Origin: Patescibacteria group bacterium
Lineage (GTDB): Bacteria > Patescibacteriota > Patescibacteriia > Buchananbacterales > UBA6539
DNA: 64,000 nt
Reading direction: 5' to 3'
Assembly: GCA_041662625.1 (NCBI GenBank)
Contig: JBAZSB010000001.1
Location: 118,467 to 182,466 of the forward strand
Shown here: positions 1-9,441 of the stretch, in pieces
Position numbering within the stretch: position 1 is the first letter of the stretch
How the letters are laid out: each line of letters opens with the position of its first letter
Position numbers and translations under genes: made by a program
The notes under the pieces: generated by a model
What the model was told of the DNA's origin: nothing
Databases searched by the model: none
Seen by the model: only the letters and a program-made list of their open reading frames with translations

Positions 1-305
1 CCTTATGGATAGCGTCGACCAGCGATCGGGCCACGGCCTTATTCCAGAATGCCCCTCATATTCTTGCTTTATTGATGAGGTTATCCATGGGTGGTTTGAT
101 TGTAATTGCGATTTTATATACTTTAATGTTACCCACCAAACCAAAAGATTATGGCTGGCAGCATTATCTGATTATGTTACTGCAGTGGGTTTTAGTCCCA
201 GTCACTTTAATTTTATTTGGGTCCTTTCCGGCCGTTGATGCCCAAACCCGTTTGGCGCTTGGGGGTCGCTTCCGACTTGGTTTTTGGGTGACGGAGAAAA
301 AATAA
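1..305 (+). CDS. Partial CDS, C-terminal end of a multi-TM membrane protein (possibly a membrane glycosyltransferase); reading frame stays open to the window edge
   Basis: Frame starting at nt 3 has no stop until TAA at 303-305; hydrophobic helices (GGLIVIAILYTLML..., LLQWVLVPVTLILFG); followed by two GT2 genes. Confidence 0.4.
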   Translation, partial: LWIASTSDRATALFQNAPHILALLMRLSMGGLIVIAILYTLMLPTKPKDYGWQHYLIMLLQWVLVPVTLILFGSFPAVDAQTRLALGGRFRLGFWVTEKK

Positions 306-370
306 AGCGATGCTAATCTACTAATACATGCTAATGATACGAATCGTTCGTAGCATTCGCATAAATTTGC
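306..370 (+). promoter_or_regulatory. About 65-bp conserved leader element (copy 1) directly upstream of a GT2 gene; contains an ATGCTAAT direct repeat and an imperfect hairpin (atgcta..acgaa/ttcgt agcat)
   Basis: Near-identical copy at 1413-1477 upstream of the second GT2 gene. Confidence 0.5.
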
Positions 371-382
371 ATTATTAGTATT

Positions 383-1411
383 ATGTCTAAAGTTTCAATC
401 CAAATTGTTACCTGGAATTCAATGCGTTATGTTTTTGATTGCCTGGAATCTTTGATGAAACAAAGCTTCCGGGATTTTTCGATTTTAGTGATTGATAATG
501 GTTCTGATGACGGAACCGTAGAATTCATCCGCTCCAATTATCCAACCGTATCAGTCCTCCAAAACTTTAAAAATCTTGGTTTTTCTAAGGCTAACAATCA
601 AGGCATTCAGTTGGCTAAAAGTGATTATGTTTTAGTGATGAATCCTGACGTTGTCCTAGCCGATGATTTTTTGGAAAAATTAGTTGTTTTTGCTGATCAG
701 CACCCAAATGGGGCAAGCTTTGGCGGAAAAGTTTTGAAGCTTCACAGTGAAGCCATTGATGATAATGATCAAAGCGGCTTGCGGGAAATGGTAAAATCCG
801 ATATCATCGACGCGGCTGGCCTGAAAATTTTTAAGAGCCGCAAAGTAATCAACCGGGGCGAGGGAGAAAAAGACAAGGGCCAATATAATAGAGCAGAAGA
901 GGTTTTTGGCCTTTCCGGGGCTTGTGTTTTATACCGGAAAGCAGCCCTGGAAGACGTAGCGGTCAAAAACGAATTTTTTGATGTTGATTTTTTTGCCTAT
1001 AAAGAAGATATTGATTTATCTTGGCGACTACGGCTTTATGGTTGGCTAAACTGGTATTATCCTGATGCCGTTTGTCATCACCGGCGCCGCTTGGTAAGTT
1101 ATGAGAGTAAAGGGGCTAAAAGAGTCATTTATCAAAGGCAAGATGTTTCTAAGTTGTTGCGGGCATTATCTTTTCGTAATCATCATTTGTTGCTAGTTAA
1201 AAATGACCAATCATTGAATATCATTTTGGATTTACCTTGGATTTTACCCCGTGAATTGAAAGTTGTAATTTATGCTTTAATTTTTGAGCCGTTTCAATAT
1301 AGAAGTCTGCTCCGATTTTTTCAGTTATTACCCTCTGTTTTGATGAAGCGGCGGATAATTATGGCTCATAAAAAAGTTCAGCCAAAAGAAATTAGAAAAT
1401 GGTTTAAATAA
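383..1411 (+). CDS. Glycosyltransferase family 2 (GT-A fold)
   Basis: N-terminal IVTWN...DNGSDDGT and DxD-type motifs; 342 aa. Confidence 0.85.
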   Translation: MSKVSIQIVTWNSMRYVFDCLESLMKQSFRDFSILVIDNGSDDGTVEFIRSNYPTVSVLQNFKNLGFSKANNQGIQLAKSDYVLVMNPDVVLADDFLEKLVVFADQHPNGASFGGKVLKLHSEAIDDNDQSGLREMVKSDIIDAAGLKIFKSRKVINRGEGEKDKGQYNRAEEVFGLSGACVLYRKAALEDVAVKNEFFDVDFFAYKEDIDLSWRLRLYGWLNWYYPDAVCHHRRRLVSYESKGAKRVIYQRQDVSKLLRALSFRNHHLLLVKNDQSLNIILDLPWILPRELKVVIYALIFEPFQYRSLLRFFQLLPSVLMKRRIIMAHKKVQPKEIRKWFK

Positions 1412-1412
1412 T

Positions 1413-1504
1413 GCGATGCTAATCTACTAATACATGCTAATGATACGAATCATTCGTAGCATTAGAATAAATTTGCTCGCCTCGCTACGCGAGTCGTAGC
1501 GGGC
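1413..1504 (+). promoter_or_regulatory. Conserved leader element (copy 2) plus an inserted GC hairpin (gctcgcctcgctacgcgagtcgtagcgggc) upstream of the second GT2 gene
   Basis: About 95% identity to 306-370 over about 65 bp; extra palindromic cgctacg/cgtagcg hairpin. Confidence 0.5.
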
Positions 1505-1522
1505 ATTATTAGCATTATATTT

Positions 1523-2389
1523 ATGGATTTATCAGTCATCATTCTAAATTACAAACAAAAAGGCTTACTTAAACAGTGTATCAAAGGAATTGTTACGGCT
1601 CAGCCTCAATTGGATTACGAATTGATTGTAGTTGACAATAATTCTGGTGATGATAGTTTGGCAATGGTGAAAAATATGTTTAAACCTGAGCTAGAGCCTG
1701 GTAAGCATCAGGTGGAGTTGCCAATTGTCAAGCCCCTTAAAGTTCCTAAGATTATTACTATTCAAGCGGTAGCTAATAATGGATTTGCGGCGGGTAATAA
1801 TTTAGGCATTAAACAAGCCCAAGGTAGATACATAATGATTCTTAATCCTGATATTGCCGTTGTCCCTGGCGCTTTAGAAAAAATGGTTGATTTTATGGAA
1901 AGAAATATCAATGCGGGAATTATTGGACCGAAATTAATTAATCCTGACGGGAGCGTTCAATATTCCTGTCGGCGCTTCCCTAAATTTTTGACCCCGATTT
2001 ATCGTCGAACAATTTTGGGCAAATTATCGTTTGCCCGGAAATCAACTAGTGATTATCTGATGACTGACTTTGATCATAGAAATAATCAGGAAGTCGACTG
2101 GCTATTTGGCGCTTGTTTGTTGATTAGAAAGTCAGTATTGGCAAAGACTGGTTTATTTGATGAACGTTTTTTCATGTATTTTGAAGATTTAGACTTATGC
2201 CGGCGGGTTTGGGAAGCAGGATTTAAAATAATTTATTTTGCCCAAGTTGAAATGGTTCATTATCACCAGCGGCTTTCAGCCGAACGTGGCGGAGTTTTAG
2301 GAATTTTCAGCCATGGCGGCCGGATTCATACTGCTTCTGGCATTAAATATTTTGCCAAGTATTTAGGGGCTAAATTACCTCAAATTTAA
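1523..2389 (+). CDS. Glycosyltransferase family 2
   Basis: VIILNYK...VVDNNSGDDS, NPDIAVVPG; 288 aa. Confidence 0.85.
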   Translation: MDLSVIILNYKQKGLLKQCIKGIVTAQPQLDYELIVVDNNSGDDSLAMVKNMFKPELEPGKHQVELPIVKPLKVPKIITIQAVANNGFAAGNNLGIKQAQGRYIMILNPDIAVVPGALEKMVDFMERNINAGIIGPKLINPDGSVQYSCRRFPKFLTPIYRRTILGKLSFARKSTSDYLMTDFDHRNNQEVDWLFGACLLIRKSVLAKTGLFDERFFMYFEDLDLCRRVWEAGFKIIYFAQVEMVHYHQRLSAERGGVLGIFSHGGRIHTASGIKYFAKYLGAKLPQI

Positions 2390-2454
2390 ATATTTAAAGA
2401 CTAGACAAAGTTAACAAAAAAGGCTAAGATTAGGTTGCTAAAATTATATTTATT

Positions 2455-3462
2455 ATGTTAATCAAAAAAATCGGAATTGATTTAGGTACTACCAACTCAC
2501 TCGTTTATGTTCCTAAGCGAGGGATTGTTATTAATGAGCCTTCGGTCGTGGCCGTTTCGGTGATTGATAAAAAGATTTTAGCCGTTGGGGCCGAAGCCAA
2601 AGAAATGCTTGGACGAACTCCGGATACCATTATTGCCGTTCGACCGATGAAAGACGGAGTTATTGCTGACTATAAAACTACGGCCGCCATGTTACGTTAT
2701 TTTGTCAATAAATCATTAGGCGGAGTAAGGTTATTTCGGCCGGAAGTGATGGTGGCTGTTCCTGCCGGTATTACTTCGACAGAGCGGCGGGCGGTGATTG
2801 ATGCAACTATTGCCGCTGGCGCTAAAGCGGCTTATATCATCAAAGAACCAATTGTGGCCGCTATCGGTGCCGATGTGCCAATTGGTTCACCCTCCGGCCA
2901 CATGATTATTGATATTGGTGGCGGAACGTCAGAAATGGCGGTTATTTCTTTAGGCGGAATTGTGGCCTCCACTTCTGTCAGAATTGGTGGTAACCGATTT
3001 GATGCGGCGATTGCTGATTTTATTCGTCGAAAGTACAATTTAGCTATTGGTGAACGGACGGCGGAAAGAATTAAAATTAATATTGGTTCAGCGATGTATA
3101 TGGAGGAACGGTTATCAGAAGAAGTGCGGGGCCGTGATATCGTCACTGGTTTACCGCGGACAATTACCGTAACTTCCGATGATATTACCGATGCAATTCA
3201 GGGCGAGCTAGAAGGAATTATTCAGGCGGTTAAGGAAGTTTTACATAAAACACCGCCGGAGCTTTCCGCCGATGTAATTGATAAGGGAATTATTATGTCG
3301 GGGGGTTCCAGCCTTTTACGTAATATTGATCAGTTAGTTACTCGCGTTACTGGCGTGCCAGCCTATTTAGCTGATGAGCCTTTATTTTGTGTTGCTAAGG
3401 GAACAGGTATTGCCTTGGAAAATTTGGAGTCATATAAACGGAGTATTTTGGCAATTAAATAA
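2455..3462 (+). CDS. mreB: Rod-shape-determining actin homologue MreB (copy 1)
   Basis: IGIDLGTTNSLVYV, actin-fold phosphate loops; 335 aa. Confidence 0.9.
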   Translation: MLIKKIGIDLGTTNSLVYVPKRGIVINEPSVVAVSVIDKKILAVGAEAKEMLGRTPDTIIAVRPMKDGVIADYKTTAAMLRYFVNKSLGGVRLFRPEVMVAVPAGITSTERRAVIDATIAAGAKAAYIIKEPIVAAIGADVPIGSPSGHMIIDIGGGTSEMAVISLGGIVASTSVRIGGNRFDAAIADFIRRKYNLAIGERTAERIKINIGSAMYMEERLSEEVRGRDIVTGLPRTITVTSDDITDAIQGELEGIIQAVKEVLHKTPPELSADVIDKGIIMSGGSSLLRNIDQLVTRVTGVPAYLADEPLFCVAKGTGIALENLESYKRSILAIK

Positions 3463-3471
3463 TTTAATAAT

Positions 3472-3750
3472 ATGACTGATGTTGAAAGAATAACTGAATC
3501 CGAAGCCCCTGCCGATATTGACAGACAAGTTTGGCTTCAGAAATGGCGGGAGTTTTTACAGTCCGAGATAATGGGTACCGATAAAGGCACATTTGAAGAA
3601 CTAAGTAAGATAGCTGGATTGTCTGATGAAGAAATAGAAAAAATCGCCCGTGGCCGTTTAGAAACGAAAACCGGTCAGGGAGAAGCTATTGAATTTCCCG
3701 ATCTACCGAAAACCGCCGCTGGATCAAGGGAGGGTCAAGAAGCCGCTTAA
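3472..3750 (+). CDS. Hypothetical small acidic protein (92 aa)
   Basis: ORF with intrinsic terminator immediately downstream. Confidence 0.4.
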   Translation: MTDVERITESEAPADIDRQVWLQKWREFLQSEIMGTDKGTFEELSKIAGLSDEEIEKIARGRLETKTGQGEAIEFPDLPKTAAGSREGQEAA

Positions 3751-3792
3751 AAAGTAAGTCATCATCTTGCCTCAACTTGGCGGAGAGTTTTA

Positions 3793-3814
3793 GGACCGAC
3801 AATGGTCTTTTTTA
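3793..3814 (+). terminator. Rho-independent terminator (ggacc gacaat ggtc + T6)
   Basis: GC stem followed by tttttt. Confidence 0.6.
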
Positions 3815-3914
3815 AATTGGTTTAAATCGAAATTTTTGCTATAATTGCTAGTGAGGGGCGGGGGACCAAACGACGCGATTTCATATTCGCCGTAGGCGAT
3901 TCTTTAATTAAGGT

Positions 3915-4931
3915 ATGAAAGAATTTTGGAAAAAAAACAAAAAGTCAGTAATAATTTTATTTTCTCTCTTTTTAATAATTGGCCTTTGGCTTTTTTTATT
4001 TATCCTTAATTTTAACTCAGGTAAAACTGTTTACGGTGTGACTTTCAGCGAAAAGTATGCTTTAGATTTAGGCCTAGATTGGCAAAAGACTTATTTAGCG
4101 ATTCTGGATGATCTAAAAGTTAGCAATTTAAGGTTAGTTGCTTATTGGGATGAAATTGAAGCTAGGCAAGATGTCTTTAATTTTACTGATTTAGACTGGC
4201 AGTTGCAGCAGGCGCAGGCTAGAAATATCAAAGTACTTTTAGTCGTCGGCCGCCGGACGCCGCGCTGGCCTGAATGTCATGATCCGACCTGGCTTTCACC
4301 TTTAGCGCCGCTGGCCATTGAGCAACAACAGCTGGAACTTATTAAAGCCGTTATTGATCGCTACAAAGATAATCCAGCGATTTATGCTTGGCAGGTAGAA
4401 AATGAGCCGTTTTTGGCGGTTTTTGGCAAATGTCCTTTATTGGATAAACAGTTTTTGAAAAAAGAAATTAGTTTAGTTAAATCATTAGACCAAAAACCGA
4501 TTGTCATTACTGACAGTGGTGAACTGGGTTGGTGGCAGCAGGCGGCCTCGTTGGGTGATATCTTGGGTAGTACGATGTACCGGATTGTTTGGAACAAAAA
4601 TTTAGGCTTTTGGGATTACTTTTTTATCCCCCCGGCATTTTATCATTATAAAGCTGAATTGACGAAGTTTTTTCATCCCAATTTAAAAAAAGTCATAATT
4701 ACTGAATTGCAGATGGAACCCTGGACGTTTGATCGGGATATGACTGATTTGACTTGGGATGAGCAGGAGCAATCTTTTGACTTGAAGCGTTTTCAGAATA
4801 ATATTATTTATGTCCAAAAAACTGGTTTTTCCGAAGTCTATTTATGGGGAGTAGAGTACTGGTATTGGCTGATTGAGCAAGGCCATCCCGAAATTTGGCA
4901 GCAGGCCAAGACGCTTTGGCAAGTTAAATAA
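3915..4931 (+). CDS. Membrane-anchored glycoside-hydrolase-like protein (TIM-barrel, GH5-like NEP motif)
   Basis: N-terminal TM helix; YAWQVENEPF motif; 338 aa. Confidence 0.45.
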   Translation: MKEFWKKNKKSVIILFSLFLIIGLWLFLFILNFNSGKTVYGVTFSEKYALDLGLDWQKTYLAILDDLKVSNLRLVAYWDEIEARQDVFNFTDLDWQLQQAQARNIKVLLVVGRRTPRWPECHDPTWLSPLAPLAIEQQQLELIKAVIDRYKDNPAIYAWQVENEPFLAVFGKCPLLDKQFLKKEISLVKSLDQKPIVITDSGELGWWQQAASLGDILGSTMYRIVWNKNLGFWDYFFIPPAFYHYKAELTKFFHPNLKKVIITELQMEPWTFDRDMTDLTWDEQEQSFDLKRFQNNIIYVQKTGFSEVYLWGVEYWYWLIEQGHPEIWQQAKTLWQVK

Positions 4932-4990
4932 GAAATTAAGAAAATAAAAAATTAAAACAATTAATTTCTTATTTTTTTAATTTTGTGTCA
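4932..4990 (+). terminator. AT-only hairpin (aagaaattaa...ttaatttctt) + T-run; terminator-like repeat also present at 9361-9425
   Basis: Inverted repeat aagaaattaa/ttaatttctt followed by attttttta. Confidence 0.4.
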
Positions 4991-5056
4991 TAATTAGAAC
5001 TTAATGGGGCAAAAAACAGGGCTTGCCAAATCCTTATTTTATGTTAAAATATATCT

Positions 5057-6085
5057 ATGTCAGATAGCAAAAATAATCGGTTCCAGTGGCCAATTGTTGG
5101 TCACTCTAATATTGTTAGCTATTTACAACAGAGTCTTTTGAATGGTCGTCTCGCTCAGGCTTATTTATTTGTTGGCCCCCTTCAGGTCGGCAAGACGACA
5201 ATCGTTAAAAGTTTTGTCAATTCTTTGGTTTGTGAAAATTTACATCAAGGTAAAGAATTGGTCCCTTGCGGCCAGTGTCAGCATTGTCGGCAGGTAACAA
5301 ATAAAATTCATCCGGATATTTTTTGGCTGGAAAGAATTGATAATGAAAAAACCGGCAAGTTGAAAAAAAATATTGGTATTGAGCAAATCAGGGAATTACA
5401 GAATAAATTAAGCCTTCATTCTTTTTTGGATTCATATAAAATTGCTGTTATTAACGAGGCCCAAACTTTAAGTTCGGAAGCTGCTAATTCCTTATTAAAA
5501 ACTTTAGAGGAACCGACACCCAAAACAATAATTATTCTTTTGACCACCAGCCTAGCTTCTTTGCCGCAAACCATTGTTTCTCGTTGTCAGATTTTGAAGT
5601 TTTTACCCGTCAGTAGTCAAGAAATATTTGATTATTTAATTTCATTAAAAGTTGAGCGCAAGAAAGCCAAAGTTTTGGCGGCCTTAGCTTTTGGCCGGCC
5701 TGGTCTAGCTATTGATTATTTTAATGAGCCGGAAAATTATCTTACGTTTCAGGATCAAACCAAACAGTTAATTACTTTGGTAAAAGCGGATCTTACTAGT
5801 CGTTTCAAAATTGTTAATGATTTAGCGTTAGGTAATGATGTTAATTCAATTAAAGAATCTTTGAGCAATTGGCAAAGAATTTTTCGGGATTTATCTTTGA
5901 TCAAAATTGGTGCGGAAAATTTAATTAGCAACCTGAATTTACAAACCGAACTAAAATCCCTGGCTGAAGGCTACAGCCGGGATAATTTACTGAAAATTAT
6001 GGCGGAAATTACTACTGCTAAACGTTATTTGGATGCTAATGTTAATCCTAAGTTAACCTTAGAAAATCTAATTTTAAACTTCTGA
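5057..6085 (+). CDS. holB: DNA polymerase III delta-prime subunit
   Basis: AAA+ GPLQVGKTT P-loop, CxxC-x-C zinc module, clamp-loader motifs; 342 aa. Confidence 0.8.
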   Translation: MSDSKNNRFQWPIVGHSNIVSYLQQSLLNGRLAQAYLFVGPLQVGKTTIVKSFVNSLVCENLHQGKELVPCGQCQHCRQVTNKIHPDIFWLERIDNEKTGKLKKNIGIEQIRELQNKLSLHSFLDSYKIAVINEAQTLSSEAANSLLKTLEEPTPKTIIILLTTSLASLPQTIVSRCQILKFLPVSSQEIFDYLISLKVERKKAKVLAALAFGRPGLAIDYFNEPENYLTFQDQTKQLITLVKADLTSRFKIVNDLALGNDVNSIKESLSNWQRIFRDLSLIKIGAENLISNLNLQTELKSLAEGYSRDNLLKIMAEITTAKRYLDANVNPKLTLENLILNF

Positions 6086-6122
6086 TATAAAATAATTTTT
6101 AAACTTTTTTACTGAAAAACCT

Positions 6123-7214
6123 ATGAAAAGAATAAAAGATAGTGTGTCCGCCAAAGGCGGCAAAAAAATTCTAGTCTTACTTTTACTTTCCCTCGTTTTA
6201 ACTAGTGGTTGCGTCGTTAAATTTGGTGGTACTAGTAAAACTCCGGTTGTCGCCGGGGTCTTTAAATCATTTGATAAAGGTACTACCTGGGTGCAAAAAA
6301 GTTTATTTATTCATTCCGGCGGAACCGGCAGTATTACCGGTCTTAATGTTGTTTCTTTAAATTTTGACCCACAAGACAATAAAGCTATTTATTTGGCCTC
6401 GGCCAGTAATGGTTTGCTTTATAGTTATGATGCTGGTGACAGCTGGTTTAAAGCCAAGGGGATTCCTGATGGGAAAATCGAGTCGGTCGCCATTGATCCA
6501 AAGAATAAATGTGTTATTTATACCACTTTTGCCGTTGCTATCCGTAAGAGTGTTGATTGCAGTCGGAGCTGGCAAGAGATTTATGTTGATACTAGGGCCG
6601 ATAAAACCGTAACTGCTTTGGCCATTGATCCCGACGATAATTTGATTATTTATGCTGGTAATAGCGCTGGTGACATTTTAAAAAGTATTGACGGCGGTGG
6701 CAATTGGCAGGTGAGTAACCGTTTTGGTAATCCGATCACTAAAATTTTAATTGACCCTAATGATAGTCGGGTAATTTATGTTGCTACTAAGTCTAAAGGT
6801 ATTTTCAAAACCATTACGGCTGGTGCTGACTGGTTTGATATTAATGAGGGTTTAAAGCAATATTCCGGTTCGCTAGAATACAAAAATTTAATTTTTGACC
6901 TTAGCCAACCCGATTCACTTTTGTTGGTTGCGAAGTATGGTTTAATTAAAACAACTGATGGTGGTGCCACTTGGGAGGCAATAAAATTAATTACCCCACC
7001 GGCCAGTACGGATATTTTTTCTGTAGCAATTAACCCGCAAGATAATCAAGAGATTTATTATGCCACGGCTTCAACTTTCTACAAAACTACCGATGGTGGT
7101 CAAAATTGGATTACCAAAAGATTGCCTTCAGCTGCCGTGGCGACTTATTTATTAATTGATCCACTCGACTCAAATATTATTTATTTAGGTATGTCGAATC
7201 TTAACAAGAAATAA
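6123..7214 (+). CDS. Secreted/lipoprotein with BNR/Asp-box repeats (sialidase/Ycf48-like beta-propeller)
   Basis: Signal peptide + repeated S-x-D-x-G-x-(T/N)-W motifs (TTDGGATW, SIDGGGNW, TTDGGQNW). Confidence 0.6.
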   Translation: MKRIKDSVSAKGGKKILVLLLLSLVLTSGCVVKFGGTSKTPVVAGVFKSFDKGTTWVQKSLFIHSGGTGSITGLNVVSLNFDPQDNKAIYLASASNGLLYSYDAGDSWFKAKGIPDGKIESVAIDPKNKCVIYTTFAVAIRKSVDCSRSWQEIYVDTRADKTVTALAIDPDDNLIIYAGNSAGDILKSIDGGGNWQVSNRFGNPITKILIDPNDSRVIYVATKSKGIFKTITAGADWFDINEGLKQYSGSLEYKNLIFDLSQPDSLLLVAKYGLIKTTDGGATWEAIKLITPPASTDIFSVAINPQDNQEIYYATASTFYKTTDGGQNWITKRLPSAAVATYLLIDPLDSNIIYLGMSNLNKK

Positions 7215-7219
7215 CAAAT

Positions 7220-7774
7220 ATGGGTTCATTAATTGATAATTATAAATCTGATTTTGGCCGGGTGATTGATAATTTAACTGGCGAATTAGCAACCCTGCGA
7301 GTTGGCCGAGCTAACCCGATAATGGTTGAAAATATTTTTGTTCAAGCCTATGGAGTTAAGACTCCGCTTAAGCAATTAGCCTCAATCACTGTGCCCGAAG
7401 CCCGAACGATTCTCATTCAACCTTGGGATAAAACAATTACTAAAGACGTCGAAAAAGCAATCTTTGAAGCTAATATTGGTATTAGCCCCACAAACGAAGG
7501 CGCTCAGATTCGTTTAACTATTCCGCCGTTAACTGAAGAAAGCCGGAAAGAACTCACCAAATCAGTCGGAGAGAAAATGGAAAAAGCCAGAATAGCCATG
7601 CGGCAAATCCGGGATAAAGTTAAAGAAGAAATTGTTAAGCAGGAAAAAAACAAAGAGATTACCGAAGATGACAAGTATGACTTACAGAAAAAATTGGATG
7701 AGTTAGTCAAGGATTATAATGAGCAAATTAAAAAATTAGGTGACAAAAAATCAGAGGAAATAATGACTTTATAA
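7220..7774 (+). CDS. frr: Ribosome recycling factor
   Basis: Characteristic RRF N-terminus and length (184 aa). Confidence 0.9.
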   Translation: MGSLIDNYKSDFGRVIDNLTGELATLRVGRANPIMVENIFVQAYGVKTPLKQLASITVPEARTILIQPWDKTITKDVEKAIFEANIGISPTNEGAQIRLTIPPLTEESRKELTKSVGEKMEKARIAMRQIRDKVKEEIVKQEKNKEITEDDKYDLQKKLDELVKDYNEQIKKLGDKKSEEIMTL

Positions 7775-7779
7775 TTTTT

Positions 7780-8949
7780 ATGCTATTTACTATTGTTACT
7801 TTTTTTGCTGTTTTAGGAATTTTAGTTCTGGTCCATGAGCTTGGTCATTTTTTTGCGGCCCGAAAAGGGGGTGTTAAAGTGGAAGAATTCGGCCTTGGTT
7901 TACCGCCGCGAATTTTTGGGTTTTATAAAAATGATGAGGGCAAATGGAAGCCAGTTGGTTTGAAGACCAAACAGGTGAACGGGACAATTTGGTCTTTAAA
8001 TTGGATCCCTCTGGGTGGTTTTGTCAAAATTAAAGGTGAAGAAGGGGGTAATGCCGAAGAAGAAGATAGTTTCGCTCATAAAAGTGTCTTGCGGCGAATT
8101 TGGATTATTTCGGCTGGAGTTTTAATGAATGTAGTTTTAGCTATAGTTTTTTTAAGTTTTGGTTTAGCTTTTGGCTCACCCCAGATGATTGACGATAGTA
8201 AGTTGCCGGCTTTTGCTAAAATCCGGGACGTCCAAATCAGAATTATGGAAGTATTGCCAGATTCACCGGCGGCGCGGGCTGGCTTGGAAGTAGCTGATAC
8301 TCTTTTGACAGTTGATGGCCAGACTTTTAGTCGAGTTGAAGATTTTCAAGATTACTTTAATCAGAAAATTGGCATTACTGTCCAACTAGAAATCGAAAGA
8401 AAACAAAAAAAACTAGCCAAAGAATTAGTACCCGAAGTAATTCCCCAAATTGGCCGGGGCGGCATGGGAGTGGCCTTGGTCCAGACTGGTTTTGTTTCTT
8501 ATCCCTGGTATATTGCGCCTTTCTACGGAGTGATAGAAACCGTCAAAATGATTGGCGGAATAATTATGGGTTTTTATCTAATTATTAAAAGCTTGATTAT
8601 ATCTCAGCAGATGATCGGCGATGTTTATGGCCCTGTTGGTATTGCCACTTTAGTTGGCGATGCCGCCCGTTTAGGCTTTTTATATATTTTGCAATTCACA
8701 GCAATGTTATCAGTTATTATCGCGGTGATCAATTTTTTGCCATTTCCGGCTTTGGATGGGGGACGAGTATTCTTTTTACTGATTGAAGGATTACGCGGTA
8801 AGCCAGTAAATCAAAAATTAGAAACTGCCATGCATAACATTGGCTTTGCTTTGTTGATGATTTTAGCCGTAGTTATTACTTTTCGCGATATCGCTCGGAT
8901 TTCTTCCGGTTTTTTGGGCTGGTGGCAGAAGATCTCAGGACTCTTCTAG
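7780..8949 (+). CDS. rseP: Site-2 (RIP) zinc metalloprotease RseP-like with PDZ domain
   Basis: HELGHFF zinc motif, PDZ segment, LDGG motif; 389 aa. Confidence 0.8.
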   Translation: MLFTIVTFFAVLGILVLVHELGHFFAARKGGVKVEEFGLGLPPRIFGFYKNDEGKWKPVGLKTKQVNGTIWSLNWIPLGGFVKIKGEEGGNAEEEDSFAHKSVLRRIWIISAGVLMNVVLAIVFLSFGLAFGSPQMIDDSKLPAFAKIRDVQIRIMEVLPDSPAARAGLEVADTLLTVDGQTFSRVEDFQDYFNQKIGITVQLEIERKQKKLAKELVPEVIPQIGRGGMGVALVQTGFVSYPWYIAPFYGVIETVKMIGGIIMGFYLIIKSLIISQQMIGDVYGPVGIATLVGDAARLGFLYILQFTAMLSVIIAVINFLPFPALDGGRVFFLLIEGLRGKPVNQKLETAMHNIGFALLMILAVVITFRDIARISSGFLGWWQKISGLF

Positions 8950-8952
8950 ATA

Positions 8953-9360
8953 GTGGATTTTTTTGACTCCCTAGTAATTCACCTTATGAAGATTTATTTG
9001 CCTTTTGAGTTTCAAATCAATTTAAGGATTTTTTTTCAGCGTGCAGGTTATACGGAGTTCAATGATCCCAATACCGGCAAAAGCAGTTATACTAAAAGAT
9101 TAAGTCATGATTATTATCCTCGGTTTCACTTATATGTTGAAACCGATAAAGATAACCGGAAATTTTTCAATTTACACTTAGACCAAAAAAAACCATCTTA
9201 TGCCGGTTCTTCCGCTCATAATGCCGAATATGATAGCCAAATTGTGATTCAGGAAGCTGAACGATTAAAGGGGCTGATAAAAAACCAGCAGGATAATGAA
9301 AAGCAGCAGCAAAAGCCAGTAGCCGAAAATAGAGGGTTTTGGAGTAAATTGTTTCATTAA
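8953..9360 (+). CDS. Hypothetical protein (135 aa)
   Basis: ORF only. Confidence 0.35.
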   Translation: MDFFDSLVIHLMKIYLPFEFQINLRIFFQRAGYTEFNDPNTGKSSYTKRLSHDYYPRFHLYVETDKDNRKFFNLHLDQKKPSYAGSSAHNAEYDSQIVIQEAERLKGLIKNQQDNEKQQQKPVAENRGFWSKLFH

Positions 9361-9425
9361 AATAAGAAATTGAAAAATTAAGAAAATAAAAAATTAAGGC
9401 CATTATTTTCTTAATTTCTTACTTT
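9361..9425 (+). terminator. AT-only hairpin terminator-like repeat (second copy of the 4932-4990 element)
   Basis: aagaaattgaaaaattaagaaaataaaaaattaa...cttaatttcttactttttta. Confidence 0.4.
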
Positions 9426-9441
9426 TTTATTTCTTTATTCC

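Noticed and set aside
5-238. ORF 5-238 (+) as the gene at the window start
   Set aside because: The overlapping frame (3-305) is hydrophobic and TM-like, stays open to the window edge, and fits a membrane-protein C-terminus; 5-238 is its shadow.
2832-3146. Antisense ORFs inside mreB and similar internal or antisense ORFs (680-966, 4382-4597, 6357-6612, 12173-12412, 14152-14418, 19255-19531, 30098-30301, 42495-42947, 57714-58927 and others)
   Set aside because: Completely embedded in, or antisense to, well-supported conserved genes; no SDs.
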